64,000 nucleotides of DNA. It comes from an uncultured Bacilli bacterium (GTDB taxonomy: Bacteria; Bacillota_I; Bacilli_A; RF39; UBA660). This document shows positions 1 to 12,172 of this stretch, piece after piece. The notes beneath the pieces are model-generated. The model did no database searches. It worked only from the letters and a program-made list of their open reading frames with translations, and was not told where the DNA came from. Both the position numbers and the translations under genes were made by a program. The stretch covers positions 33,638 through 97,637 of the forward strand of contig CANRFQ010000002.1 in the NCBI GenBank assembly GCA_947629935.1, written 5' to 3'. Position 1 is the first letter of the stretch; the number at the start of each line of letters is the position of its first letter.

Positions 1-669
1 TTAATTGTATTATCATTTTGTCTAAAACCAGTTTCTGTTACTAATAGTAAATTTCAACTTAAAAAAACTTTCCAAAAATTATTAAATAATTCTAATACTA
101 AGAATATGCTGATTACTACATTTTTAAGAGGTATGACTATTTCTGATGGTTCTTTAGGCGTATTAATGACTATTCTTTTATTTAATGCTTATAAAAGTGA
201 TTTTAGTTTAGGAGTTGTTAATTCTATTGCAGCTTTAGTTACTGTTGTTATTGCTTATTTTTATAGCAAGTATTTTGCTAAAAGAAAAGATAATTATTTT
301 ACAATTATCTGTGCTTTATTACCAATATGTGCTTTACCTTTTATTTTAATATCTATATCAAATTTAAGTATTGCTTTTTATGATTTGTGTTATTTAATTG
401 TGGTAGAACTATTGTCATTAGTATATGAAGTTAGAATGTTTAATATCTCCCGAACAATAATCTTAGAACACGAAAAAAGTGAATATTTTGCCATTTATGA
501 AGTTGTTTTAAATATGGGACGAATTTTTAGTTATATATTACTTTTAATAGTAGGATTACTAGGTAATATCTATTTTAAATATTTATTACTATTATTAACT
601 TTTATTATTTTAATCATGGGAGTTAGAATTTCCAAAATAAAAAGATTTACTAATAATTACGAGGAATAA
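1..669 (+). CDS. MFS-type membrane transporter, C-terminal part (5' end outside window)
   Basis: Multiple hydrophobic helices and EKSEYFAIYEVVLNMGRI motif typical of MFS C-terminal half; the frame is open to the window start. Confidence 0.6.
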   Translation, partial: LIVLSFCLKPVSVTNSKFQLKKTFQKLLNNSNTKNMLITTFLRGMTISDGSLGVLMTILLFNAYKSDFSLGVVNSIAALVTVVIAYFYSKYFAKRKDNYFTIICALLPICALPFILISISNLSIAFYDLCYLIVVELLSLVYEVRMFNISRTIILEHEKSEYFAIYEVVLNMGRIFSYILLLIVGLLGNIYFKYLLLLLTFIILIMGVRISKIKRFTNNYEE

Positions 670-787
670 TGAAATTAATTTTTGCTGAATATTTTAAAAA
701 CAATGCAAGAAATTGTATTTTTTTTATGCCAGAAAAAAGGAAATCTCCCTTTTATCTATAATATATCTATTGAAAGGAGGTGAATAC

Positions 788-2266
788 ATGAAGGCATTGT
801 TTTTTACGGGACTAGCTGGTATAAGTTTTTTGATTTGCGGTTTTTTATTTACTGATAATGGAAATGACTCTTTAAAACAAAGTGATACCTATAATGTAAA
901 AACTGCTAACAATCAGAAAGAAAAAGAGCAAGAGACGACCAGTAATCTCAAAGAAATAAAGTATAAAAAATTGGAAACCAAATCAACTGATGAAGAGATG
1001 GCCGAACCAGTTATTTTGGTTGATAATAATCAGAATATGATACAAAATACTCTGGAGGATTCTCAAGAAGTTCCGCAAATAGTTAATAACACTACACCGG
1101 AAAATGAAGAAGTAAGTGCTAATTCCTTGCTCGAAGAAGAAGAGGAAGAAGAAAATGTTCAAGATTTAATAATGGAAGAGCAACCAAATAATTCAAGCGA
1201 AGAACATACTAAAGAAGTAAAAGAAACTATTTCTTTATTATCTAAATCACTTGAAACAGCGCAAAGTATTGATGAATTAAAACCAATTGCTAATAAATTA
1301 GATAGTTTAGATACTATTTCTTTAAAAGAAGCCGCAGTTATTCAAAATGATTTAGAAAAAGTACAAGATGACTACCATAAGATTTTATTAGTAGATGACT
1401 TTTTAAAGAAAACAGATACTTTGTTAAGCTCGGATAAAACAAAGGAAGAAGTTGCTGATATTAAAGAAGAATATACAGAACAAAATATTGAGCAATTAAT
1501 TACGAATATTCCAAATATAAATCTTAAGAACAATTATCAAGCTAAATTAAATGAAGTTAAAAATGTTATAACCGATAATACTGCCCCTTCGTTAAATATT
1601 GGTGACAATCAAGTTATAAATGCGGATTTTCAACTAGAGATAGCAGATGATAATAATTACCAAGCATTATTAAATGGTCAAGAGTTAACTGATTTAAACA
1701 TTACGGAAAATGGTGAATACGAATTAAAAGTTACCGATGATGCTTTAAATGAAACTACAGTGCATTTTAAAATGGAAAAACCAGTTGAAGAACAAGTAGA
1801 AGAAACCATTTACACCGAAATTAACGATGAGCCTCAAGAAGAAGCAACAACATCAACAAGGTATCCAATGAATAACTGGTATTTAACTCAAGATTATAGC
1901 GGAAAAGGCGGCCATATGGGAATAGACATGGGTAGTTCCAATAAAAAAGAAGAAATATATCCAATTGCTAATGGTAAAGTAGTTTATGTAGGTCAAGATA
2001 CAAATGGAGCCAATTTAGTCCAAATAATGCACGATATTAATGGAGAACAAGTATTTTCTACTTACGCGCATATGCGAGAAGTATTTTTAAATGATGGTCA
2101 AGAAGTAACAACAAATGATCTTTTAGGCATTATGGGAGCCACTGGTAATGCGACCGGACCTCATCTTCATTTAGAAACCGCAACATGTGCCTGGGAATAT
2201 AACTGTACTTATAGCAATTATAAAAACAGCTTAGTAAGTCCATGGACATATTTACCACAAAATTAA
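788..2266 (+). CDS. Secreted M23-family peptidase with acidic/coiled-coil stalk and Ig-like domain
   Basis: GAAAGGAGGTGA RBS before ATG 788; N-terminal hydrophobic segment; HMGID, YAHM and TGPHLHLE M23 motifs. Confidence 0.85.
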   Translation: MKALFFTGLAGISFLICGFLFTDNGNDSLKQSDTYNVKTANNQKEKEQETTSNLKEIKYKKLETKSTDEEMAEPVILVDNNQNMIQNTLEDSQEVPQIVNNTTPENEEVSANSLLEEEEEEENVQDLIMEEQPNNSSEEHTKEVKETISLLSKSLETAQSIDELKPIANKLDSLDTISLKEAAVIQNDLEKVQDDYHKILLVDDFLKKTDTLLSSDKTKEEVADIKEEYTEQNIEQLITNIPNINLKNNYQAKLNEVKNVITDNTAPSLNIGDNQVINADFQLEIADDNNYQALLNGQELTDLNITENGEYELKVTDDALNETTVHFKMEKPVEEQVEETIYTEINDEPQEEATTSTRYPMNNWYLTQDYSGKGGHMGIDMGSSNKKEEIYPIANGKVVYVGQDTNGANLVQIMHDINGEQVFSTYAHMREVFLNDGQEVTTNDLLGIMGATGNATGPHLHLETATCAWEYNCTYSNYKNSLVSPWTYLPQN

Positions 2267-2402
2267 TTTATAGCTAAATTAATAAATATTGACAATTAAT
2301 CTAAATACTTCTTTAAATCATTAAATAGTAAAAATAGGACTTTCATGAAAAGAAGGAAAATATTCTTTTTTAATTTGTCATAATAAAACATTTATTATAT
2401 AA

Positions 2403-3849
<1,447 letters not shown>

Positions 3850-3851
3850 AA

Positions 3852-4220
3852 TTAGTTTTCCTTTTTTTTATTTATACCAATAATTGAACCAAAAATACCG
3901 CCTAAAATCAAAATGCCATAGTATAAGAAAGTCGAAAGTTTTATATCTTTAGTAAAGAAAATAAGACTAATTAATAAAAGTGTAAAAGATAGCATAATAC
4001 TATTTTTTAAACCACACCACCAACCTTTACTGGAAGATGTTTTTCCCTCCTTAAAACAAAGAATAAAATAAATGATTAATAAAGCAATAGTATTAAAAGT
4101 ATTAATAAATCCCATACTTACTGATGTAAAATAATTCATTAAAGTAGAAATAAAAGCTAAAATTAAAATACCTAAAATAAAGTAGCCCACATTTTTTAAG
4201 TATCGTAAAATTTTTTCCAT
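3852..4220 (-). CDS. TIGR04086/YrzE-like four-TM membrane protein
   Basis: 4 TM helices, SKGWWCG and GGIFGSIIGIN motifs; sits between tgt and DUF421 as in Bacillus. Confidence 0.7.
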   Translation of the reverse strand: MEKILRYLKNVGYFILGILILAFISTLMNYFTSVSMGFINTFNTIALLIIYFILCFKEGKTSSSKGWWCGLKNSIMLSFTLLLISLIFFTKDIKLSTFLYYGILILGGIFGSIIGINKKKEN

Positions 4221-4293
4221 TAAAATCACCTAATTAATCATATGTTATGTTTAAAATAATATGTTTTTCCCATAATAATTGTAGGTGATATAA

Positions 4294-4941
4294 ATGGAAT
4301 TGTTTTCAATTATGTTTAGAACTGCTTTTTTCTATTTTTTTATTCTTCTTGCCTATAGAATTATGGGCAAAAGAGAGATTGCTCAATTAGGAATAATCGA
4401 CTTAATTGTCTCCATTTTAATTGCGGAGATGGTCGCAATAAGTATCGAAAATGTTAAAGATCCTATTTTATATACTATTTTACCTATTAGTTTATTAGTT
4501 TTATTAGAATTATTTTTAGCCTTTGTAGCAATTAAATCCCGTAAATTTCGCAATATCTTTGGCGGGAAACCATCTTTAATTATCTGTAACGGAAAAATAA
4601 ATTTTAAAGAAATGGTAAAACAAAGATATAGTATGGACGATTTACTTTTAGAACTTCGTCAAAAAGAAATTAAATCTATTGAAAATGTAGAATATGCCTT
4701 TTTAGAGCCAAATGGCAAACTATCGGTCTTTAAATACAACTTCTTAAAAATCCCTAGTAATTATCCAATGCCTATTATCGTCGATGGTCAAGTTCAAGAC
4801 AAAGCCCTCCATTATATACATAAAAATAAATCATGGCTAGAAAAAGTTTTAAAACAAAAAAATTTAATAATTGAAAACGTTTTTTACTGTTTTTATAAAG
4901 GAAGTAAATTATATATTATTAAACGAAGTGATTTATTATGA
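4294..4941 (+). CDS. DUF421 (YetF/YrbG-family) membrane protein
   Basis: RIMGKREIAQL, LLLELRQK, FLEPNGKLSV motifs. Confidence 0.9.
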   Translation: MELFSIMFRTAFFYFFILLAYRIMGKREIAQLGIIDLIVSILIAEMVAISIENVKDPILYTILPISLLVLLELFLAFVAIKSRKFRNIFGGKPSLIICNGKINFKEMVKQRYSMDDLLLELRQKEIKSIENVEYAFLEPNGKLSVFKYNFLKIPSNYPMPIIVDGQVQDKALHYIHKNKSWLEKVLKQKNLIIENVFYCFYKGSKLYIIKRSDLL

Positions 4942-5609
4942 AAAAATTATTTAAAGCTCTTGTCTTAGTTTTAGGAATTAGTAGTTTATTTTATATATTA
5001 GATAATAATCATAAATCTCAAAATGATTTATTGGCTTTTAAAACCGATAATAAAAAATATATTGCTTTAACATTCGACGATGGTCCTCATTATAAATATA
5101 CTTCATTATTGCTTGATGGTCTAAAAGAAAGAAATGTCAAAGCAACATTCTTTGTTTTAGGATGTAATGCTGAAAAAAATTACAGTTTGTTAAAAAGAAT
5201 GGCTGATGAAGGCCATTTAATAGGTAATCATACCTATTCCCATAAAAATTTATATCGATTAAAAGAAACCAAAATAAAAGAAGAAATAGATAAGACTAAC
5301 CAAATTATTGAAGCTATTACCGGCAAGATACCGAAATATTTTCGTCCTAGTTATGGTAATTACAACGGAAAAATATTAAAACTTGCCAATATGGAAGCCA
5401 TTTTATGGAATGTTGATTCTTTAGATTGGAAAATAAAAAATAGTAAAAGAATTACTTATCGAGTAATTAATAAAGTAAATGATGGTAGTATCATTTTAAT
5501 GCATGATATTTATAAAAGTAGTGTAAATGCCGCCTTATTAATTATCGATAAACTCCAACAAGAAGGATATGAATTTGTTACAGTAGAAAAGTTATTAAAT
5601 ATGGCCTAA
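4938..5609 (+). CDS. Polysaccharide deacetylase (NodB/CE4)
   Basis: ALTFDDGP, GNHTYSH, FRPSYG, IILMHD motifs. Confidence 0.93.
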   Translation: MKKLFKALVLVLGISSLFYILDNNHKSQNDLLAFKTDNKKYIALTFDDGPHYKYTSLLLDGLKERNVKATFFVLGCNAEKNYSLLKRMADEGHLIGNHTYSHKNLYRLKETKIKEEIDKTNQIIEAITGKIPKYFRPSYGNYNGKILKLANMEAILWNVDSLDWKIKNSKRITYRVINKVNDGSIILMHDIYKSSVNAALLIIDKLQQEGYEFVTVEKLLNMA

Positions 5610-5694
5610 AATAGATAGGTTCAAGGGTTGAATTTGCAAAATTTCCTTATTTATGATAAAATATGCTTACTCTATTAAAAAAGAGAGGAAATTA

Positions 5695-6582
5695 ATGATG
5701 AAACTATTTAGAAATCCTTATTTAATTAAAATAGGGAAGATAATGGCAGTCTTTATTTTAACAATCTTAATAAGTGGAGCAAGTATAAAACATATGGCTA
5801 TTCAATCCGAAACTCATATTGATTCAAAATATCTAGCAGAATCAAATAATAGCCAAGTTGATTTACTGTTAAAAGAAGAAGAAAAAAATAATATAGATAA
5901 TTTTATTAATAATAATGAAGAACAAATTCGCTTTTTTGCTAATATGTTTGGGATAGACTATGAGATTGCTATTGCCAAAATAAAAGAAATAAATATTGAT
6001 CCTAATACATTTAATGAAAATAATATAGGTTTAATTAGAGATTTTAACGGTAATATTATTAATTATAATTCCGTTGATCGAGGAATTTTAGAGTTTTTTA
6101 GTTTTCTAGACAATTCTTTCCCTGAATTAGTTAATAATTCTTACCGCCCAGGTCCTAATAATCCTGAATATATTGAAGCCCTTATTCAATATTTTAGTAC
6201 TTTATATAATAATGTTGACCATAAATTAATGCTAAGTATTGGAGCCGCTGAAAGTGGTTATTATACAGCTAAAACTATGCTTTATAAAAATAATATTTAT
6301 GGAGGAATGGGTTCTAATGGTCTAATCCAATATAAAAATATTGAATATGGTGTATGGCAATATATCAAAAAAATGTCTGAACAATATTATGATAAAGGGT
6401 TAAACACTATTGAAAGTATTGGTTATGTTTTTTGCCCACAAATGATTAATGGTATTAAAACAGTTAGTTCTCATTGGGTAAGCCTAGTTACTAAGGCTTT
6501 GGAAACCTACACATACGATATTAGATATGTAAGTATTTCACAACTCAATGATTTAGTCAATAACGAAATTAATGAAATATAA
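5695..6582 (+). CDS. Membrane-anchored glucosaminidase/lysozyme-like peptidoglycan hydrolase
   Basis: N-terminal TM; SIGAAESGY...KNNIYGG...YKNIEYG...YYDKGLNTIESIG motif set. Confidence 0.7.
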   Translation: MMKLFRNPYLIKIGKIMAVFILTILISGASIKHMAIQSETHIDSKYLAESNNSQVDLLLKEEEKNNIDNFINNNEEQIRFFANMFGIDYEIAIAKIKEINIDPNTFNENNIGLIRDFNGNIINYNSVDRGILEFFSFLDNSFPELVNNSYRPGPNNPEYIEALIQYFSTLYNNVDHKLMLSIGAAESGYYTAKTMLYKNNIYGGMGSNGLIQYKNIEYGVWQYIKKMSEQYYDKGLNTIESIGYVFCPQMINGIKTVSSHWVSLVTKALETYTYDIRYVSISQLNDLVNNEINEI

Positions 6583-6649
6583 AGGAAATAGCTTTGAATA
6601 TTTCTTTTTTTATGTTATAATCTTTTTATAATAAAGAGGAGTTGAAAAT

Positions 6650-8500
6650 ATGTTTGGAAACATCAAATATATTAGTGATAATGAAGCTCATGTTATAAAT
6701 GCCGCAGGCATAAATATGAGCGGAGATTTAATGAACGTTCATGTAGTTTTTGAAGACGAAAATCAACATGTATTAGGAGAAGTTACAGAAGTTAATGAAG
6801 AAATTATTAAAATTCGCTTTCTAGGAGAATTTCAAAATGGTCATTACGTAAGTGGTGTTATTAGAAAGCCCAAATTATCTTCTAAAATCCGTGTTATAAA
6901 TGAAGGAGAGCTTTCCGAATTAATGGGAACTGATGGAGCGTCATCTTTTCTTCTTGGTACAAGTTCTATTTATAATGGTCAACCTGTTTATGTTGATATT
7001 AATCAAATGTTTGCTAATCATGCTGCCATCTTTGGTAATACAGGTAGTGGTAAATCATGCGGTGTTGCAAGATTAATCCAAAATATTTTTAGAAATAAAA
7101 ATATGGTTCCATACAATGCAAATTTATTTATTTTTGATGCCTATGGCGAATATAAAACAGCTTTTAGAAATATAAATCAAATAAATCCATATTTTAGTTA
7201 TAAATTTATAACATCTAATCCTATTGATCCTGAAGATGTTCCTTTAAGAATACCTCCATATTTACTAAATTTAGACGATTGGTCATTATTCTTACAAGCT
7301 GATTCCCATAGTCAAATTCCTATCATTGAAAGAACTTTAAAACTTGCAAAGATTTTTTCTAAAAATGACGAATTAGCTATAAAATATAAAAATCACTTAA
7401 TTGCCAAAGCTTTGTTAGCTGTCTTATTTTCCAATCAAACAACTTCTCATAAGAAAAATGAAATATTTACAATTATTGAAGCTTGTAATACCCCTGAATT
7501 TAATTTTGATACCCAAATTCAAGGGCTAGGTTATACGCGAGTTTTCAGTGAATGCTTTGAAATAGATTCTAATGGAAATTTCGGGGAAAGTGTTTTAATT
7601 ACCGAATATATCTTAAAACATATTGATAATAGCCTAGAAGGAACACCAGAACCAAACGATGCTTTCTATACATTAATCGACTTTAGTAAAGCTATGGAAT
7701 TTACTTTAATTTCTGAAGGATTCCAAAATAACCAACAAGTTTATGATGATGCAATGTTATTAAAAGTTAGACTTAATTCCGTAATTAATAGTAAAGTAGG
7801 TTCATTCTTTTCCTACGATAAACCAATTTCTATGGAAGGATATATCTCTTCCTTAGTAGCAGTAGGACAAAATAAAAAAGCCCAAATTATCAATATTAAC
7901 CTGGAAGATGTTGATGATACTTATGCTAAAGTTATAGTTAAAATTATTGCTAGATTTTGTTTTGAATTTGCGAAATCAAGAAAAGAAAGAGCTTCTATAC
8001 CATTCAATCTATTTGTAGAAGAAGCCCATAGATATATCCAAAAAGATACAGATACTTTCTTAATAGGTTATAATATATTTGATCGTATTGCCAAAGAAGG
8101 ACGTAAATATGGCGTATTATTAGATATTATTACGCAAAGACCTGTTGAGCTATCTGATACGGTTATTGCTCAATGTTCAAACTTCTTAATCTTTAAAATG
8201 ACCCACCCATTAGATATTGAATATATTAGTAAAATGTTACCTAATATCTCAGCAGATGTTTTAGATAAACAAAAAGTTTTACAACCTGGTAACTGCGTAG
8301 GCTTTGGTAGTGCCTTTAAAATTAATATGATCATCAAAATGGAAATGCCAAATCCTAGTCCATATAGTAATTCTTGTGATGTTTCAGCTAGATGGAAATT
8401 ACCTAATCAAGGTGTAACGGTCCAAGCTGGTGCTACTAACTCTTCAGCAACTAGCTCATCGAGTCCAGTAGGAATAATAAATCCCGTAATGCCGCAATAA
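6650..8500 (+). CDS. HerA/FtsK-like ATPase (DUF87) with N-terminal beta-barrel
   Basis: Walker A GNTGSGKS, Walker B LFVEEAH, IAKEGRKYG arginine finger, TQRP. Confidence 0.9.
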   Translation: MFGNIKYISDNEAHVINAAGINMSGDLMNVHVVFEDENQHVLGEVTEVNEEIIKIRFLGEFQNGHYVSGVIRKPKLSSKIRVINEGELSELMGTDGASSFLLGTSSIYNGQPVYVDINQMFANHAAIFGNTGSGKSCGVARLIQNIFRNKNMVPYNANLFIFDAYGEYKTAFRNINQINPYFSYKFITSNPIDPEDVPLRIPPYLLNLDDWSLFLQADSHSQIPIIERTLKLAKIFSKNDELAIKYKNHLIAKALLAVLFSNQTTSHKKNEIFTIIEACNTPEFNFDTQIQGLGYTRVFSECFEIDSNGNFGESVLITEYILKHIDNSLEGTPEPNDAFYTLIDFSKAMEFTLISEGFQNNQQVYDDAMLLKVRLNSVINSKVGSFFSYDKPISMEGYISSLVAVGQNKKAQIININLEDVDDTYAKVIVKIIARFCFEFAKSRKERASIPFNLFVEEAHRYIQKDTDTFLIGYNIFDRIAKEGRKYGVLLDIITQRPVELSDTVIAQCSNFLIFKMTHPLDIEYISKMLPNISADVLDKQKVLQPGNCVGFGSAFKINMIIKMEMPNPSPYSNSCDVSARWKLPNQGVTVQAGATNSSATSSSSPVGIINPVMPQ

Positions 8501-8503
8501 ATA

Positions 8504-8533
8504 TTGTATAATTTCTAAATAGTGTGATATAAT
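8504..8533 (+). promoter_or_regulatory. SigA-type promoter of 6S RNA
   Basis: TTGTAT-18 nt-TATAAT with extended TG just upstream of the RNA 5' end. Confidence 0.6.
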
Positions 8534-8540
8534 AAAAGTA

Positions 8541-8711
8541 CCTAGAGTAATAGTTTGTTTTATATAAAACCGACTAAGTGATACATTGGGAATCTAATTA
8601 CATTTCGGTGTAGAAGACTGAGCCATTAAGTGATTCAGGATCCTAAAGATTTGTATGTGATGCCCACCTCGCGTGAGCGGGTTTTTATCACAGCAAGCTA
8701 TTATTTCTAGG
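8541..8711 (+). ncRNA. ssrS: 6S RNA
   Basis: Ends are complementary (CCTAGAGTAATAGTTTG / CAAGCTATTATTTCTAGG); internal GCCCACCT..GAGCGGGTT motif of Bacillota 6S RNAs; located directly upstream of yrvM/tcdA like B. subtilis bsrA. Confidence 0.85.
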
Positions 8712-8729
8712 TTTTTATGTGGTGATTTT

Positions 8730-9422
8730 ATGAAAAGATTTGCAAGATTTCAATTATTAATAAACGATAAGATGTTTAAGAAAATTAAAAATACAACCGT
8801 AGCTCTTATTGGGGTTGGCGGAGTAGGGGGATATGCTTTAGAATCTCTTGTCCGTTCGGGAGTAAGTAATATAATTATTATAGACAATGATAAAATAGAT
8901 ATTACTAATCTAAATAGGCAAATTATTGCTTTAGAAAATAATATTGGTCAATCTAAAGTAGATGTTGCTAAAGCTCGAGCTTTAGAAATTAATCCTGAAG
9001 TTAACATTAGCTGCTACGAAACTTTCTTATTAGATGATAATTTAGATTTATTAGATAATTTTTCTCTTGATTATATAATTGATGCTTGTGATACCATAAC
9101 AACTAAAATAGCTTTGATTAAATATGCCAAGGCTAAAAAAATAAAAATAATTTCTTCTATGGGTACAGGTAAAAGGTTAGATGCTACCAAATTGACCATT
9201 ACTACTTTAGACAAAACACAAAATGATCCAATTGCTAAAATATTACGTAAAAAACTCAAAGAATTAAATATATCCTTAAAAATACCGGTGATTTGGAGTA
9301 AAGAACTTCCTTTAAAAATAACAAGTAAGGAAATACCTAGCTGTTCATATGTTCCTGGTGTCGCTGGGCTCTATATAGCAAATTATATAATTAATGACAT
9401 TATAAAATCCTCTAATGATTAG
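8730..9422 (+). CDS. tcdA: tRNA threonylcarbamoyladenosine dehydratase (ThiF family)
   Basis: GVGGVGG, TNLNRQ, IIDACD, SSMGTG, DPIAKILRK. Confidence 0.9.
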   Translation: MKRFARFQLLINDKMFKKIKNTTVALIGVGGVGGYALESLVRSGVSNIIIIDNDKIDITNLNRQIIALENNIGQSKVDVAKARALEINPEVNISCYETFLLDDNLDLLDNFSLDYIIDACDTITTKIALIKYAKAKKIKIISSMGTGKRLDATKLTITTLDKTQNDPIAKILRKKLKELNISLKIPVIWSKELPLKITSKEIPSCSYVPGVAGLYIANYIINDIIKSSND

Positions 9423-9865
9423 AGGATTGATTTATCTAAGATTCTTAAAACTGAATCTTTTTTTCGATTTAAGAAATAACTATGATATTTCTTAATAATT
9501 CTATCTAACTCTTCTATTTGGATATTAGATAATTCTTGATAAAGTAAATTTATTTCTGCTAAATTAAAGTGATATTTTAACTTACGATATTCATTTGCGT
9601 CTTTTAATCCTAGCTTTAATTGTGTTCTTTCTAATTCATTATAATTACGATTTAAATATTCTAGCTTAGGAATATGGAATAAGAGTAAATCAATTGGAGC
9701 AATAACTAAATCATCATTATCATAAAATTCCTCTTTTTTACCAACGGGACATAATGAGGGATAAACATATAACAAGTCTTGATATTCTAAAAGTAAATAT
9801 AAATAATTAGAGAAACTTTTCATATAGAAAAAATAAATACTATTTCGATCATATTCTTCGTTCAT
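9419..9865 (-). CDS. Hypothetical protein
   Basis: 148-aa ORF with GGTG RBS; no recognised motif. Confidence 0.65.
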   Translation of the reverse strand: MNEEYDRNSIYFFYMKSFSNYLYLLLEYQDLLYVYPSLCPVGKKEEFYDNDDLVIAPIDLLLFHIPKLEYLNRNYNELERTQLKLGLKDANEYRKLKYHFNLAEINLLYQELSNIQIEELDRIIKKYHSYFLNRKKDSVLRILDKSIL

Positions 9866-9907
9866 TGTATCACCAATAAATTATATGCGATATAACGAAA
9901 AATAGAC

Positions 9908-10885
9908 TTATTGTTTAGCAATTAAAAATTCAATTAATATTTCCGGATTTTCCTTATTAAAAATAATATCATAGATTAAGTTAATTATTTCTAAATCAAT
10001 ATCTTCATCATTAATCAATTTATATATTGATTTTAAAGTATAGTAACCTTCAACAGTATTATCAACTAAATATCTTTCGATATCTTTAGGTGTAGCTTTA
10101 CTTCCTAATAAATTTCCAAAACTAAAGTTTCGACTTTTAGTACTAGTACAAGTTAATAATAAATCTCCAATACCGGCATAGCTTAAAATAGTATTTTTGT
10201 CGCCACCCAGTTCTTTAATAAGAGATTTTATATCATGTAAAGATTCAGTTATAAGAAAAGCTTGGGTAGTTTCGCCATAGCCTAAACCATCAATAATTCC
10301 CGCCGCTATGGCAATAACATTTTTGATACTGCCACATATTTCTAAGCCTATTATATCTTCTGTTGTTCGAATTTTTAAATTATCAGTTGCTAAAGCCTTT
10401 GTAATCATTTCATGGGCTTTTTTACTATGACTAGCAAGACTTAAAGCAGCTGGTTCACCTTTAGCTAAATCTATAGCAAAAGTAGGGCCAGAAATAACAG
10501 CCAAGTTTTTAGTTTTAATTTCTTTTAATACCACTTTATCAATAAATTTGCAGGAATCTTGTTCAATCCCTTTGGTTCCAATACAAATAATAGTATCTTC
10601 ATTTATATAGTTTTTTATTTGGGCAGAAATATTGCCAACGTACTGAGCAGCAACGATGATAAAAACTATTTCTTTATCTTTTACAGTTTCCCTTAAATCC
10701 GTCGTAAATTTAAGAGTTTTAGGTATAGGTACATCTGGCAAGATTGAGTCAATTTGGCCTTTTTTATTTATAGTATTTATTTTATCATCAGATTCTGACC
10801 ATATAGTTATATCATTATTATTTTTGTTTAGCATTATACTAATAGCTAAGCTATAAGCTCCTAAACCAACAACACCAATTTTCAT
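9908..10885 (-). CDS. gpsA: NAD(P)H-dependent glycerol-3-phosphate dehydrogenase
   Basis: TKGIE, SGPTFA, GSIKNVIAIAAG, GIGDLLLTC, SRN motifs. Confidence 0.95.
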   Translation of the reverse strand: MKIGVVGLGAYSLAISIMLNKNNNDITIWSESDDKINTINKKGQIDSILPDVPIPKTLKFTTDLRETVKDKEIVFIIVAAQYVGNISAQIKNYINEDTIICIGTKGIEQDSCKFIDKVVLKEIKTKNLAVISGPTFAIDLAKGEPAALSLASHSKKAHEMITKALATDNLKIRTTEDIIGLEICGSIKNVIAIAAGIIDGLGYGETTQAFLITESLHDIKSLIKELGGDKNTILSYAGIGDLLLTCTSTKSRNFSFGNLLGSKATPKDIERYLVDNTVEGYYTLKSIYKLINDEDIDLEIINLIYDIIFNKENPEILIEFLIAKQ

Positions 10886-12087
10886 TTTCGTTCCTCATTT
10901 CTAATTTCTTCATTGTATTTATTTGCCGCATTTTCATATTTATTATCTTTGCCTTGATAATATTTTCGATCTTTAATATTATCAGGTAAGTATTGCTGAC
11001 TAACATAAGCCTTAGGGTAATTATGCGGATATTTATAAGCAGGATTATGATTTTTTATATGACTAGGTACATTCCCTGTATTACCATTATGAATATCATT
11101 TAAAGCTTCATCAATTGCTATTATAGCACTGTTACTTTTAGGACTTAAAGCTAACTCAATTACTACAGTTGCTAAAGGAATACGGGCTTCTGGTAAACCG
11201 ACCAGCTCTGCCGCTGAAATCGCCGCCATAACTTTCGGACCCATTGCCGGATTAGCTAAACTGATATCTTCATAAGCAATAACACACATTCGTCGATATA
11301 TACTATCAAGATCGCCGGCTTCTATGAGTCTCGCTAAATAATGAATCGCTGCATCGGGATCACTCCCACGAATTGATTTTTGGAAAGCCGATAAAACTTC
11401 GTAATGACCATCCGCATTTTGATCGTGATAGAAAATAGGCTTAGCATTAATATCTTTTAAAGTATCAACTGTCACTTTATGATCTTTAGAAGAGTAGTAA
11501 CTTATTTCTAATAAATTCAAAGCACTTCGAAAATCCCCACTAGCCACATTCGCTATGTGATTTAAAGCTTTATCATCTATTTTAATACCTTCTAAACTAC
11601 TTAAAGCTTTATTTAATCCTTTTAAAATATCATCTTTGGAAAGTTCATGTAACTCAAATATTTGTAAACGACTTCTAATAGCAGGATTTATTCGATTATA
11701 TGGATTTGAGGTAGTAAGACCAATTAAAGTAATTAACCCATTTTCGATATAGGGTAGCAGTAAATCTTGTTTATCTTTATTAAGACGGTGGATTTCATCC
11801 ATGATAACAATCATACCGCCTTCCATTTTGGCTTCTTCAATAACTATATCGAAATCTTGCTTATTATTAATGGTTGCATTTAAAAAGCGATAGGGCAAAT
11901 TAAGCTCATTTACAATTGCATAAGCAATACTAGTTTTCCCGATCCCTGGTTTACCGTATAAAATACAAGAAAACATTTTTTTATTATCGACTAAATTTCT
12001 TAACACTTTATTTTTACCAACTAGATGTTCTTGACCAATAACGTCATCCAATTTTTGGGGTCTAAGCATATTTGCTAGAAGTTCCAT
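10882..12087 (-). CDS. rarA: Replication-associated recombination protein A
   Basis: LRP..LDDVIGQEH, GKPGIGKT, DEIHR, SAFQKSIRGSD, SPKSNS. Confidence 0.95.
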   Translation of the reverse strand: MELLANMLRPQKLDDVIGQEHLVGKNKVLRNLVDNKKMFSCILYGKPGIGKTSIAYAIVNELNLPYRFLNATINNKQDFDIVIEEAKMEGGMIVIMDEIHRLNKDKQDLLLPYIENGLITLIGLTTSNPYNRINPAIRSRLQIFELHELSKDDILKGLNKALSSLEGIKIDDKALNHIANVASGDFRSALNLLEISYYSSKDHKVTVDTLKDINAKPIFYHDQNADGHYEVLSAFQKSIRGSDPDAAIHYLARLIEAGDLDSIYRRMCVIAYEDISLANPAMGPKVMAAISAAELVGLPEARIPLATVVIELALSPKSNSAIIAIDEALNDIHNGNTGNVPSHIKNHNPAYKYPHNYPKAYVSQQYLPDNIKDRKYYQGKDNKYENAANKYNEEIRNEERK

Positions 12088-12172
12088 ATAACCACCTATC
12101 TATATTATAAACTATTATTACTTTAATTAACAGTTTTACTATGCTAAAATGTAAATATAGAAAGTGATTATA

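Noticed and set aside
1129-1152. GAA trinucleotide run as a contingency locus
   Set aside because: Imperfect in-frame poly-Glu within a disordered linker; length change would not shift the frame.
8673-8729. N-terminal extension of tcdA from GTG 8673
   Set aside because: Lies inside the 6S RNA; ATG 8730 has a GGTG RBS.
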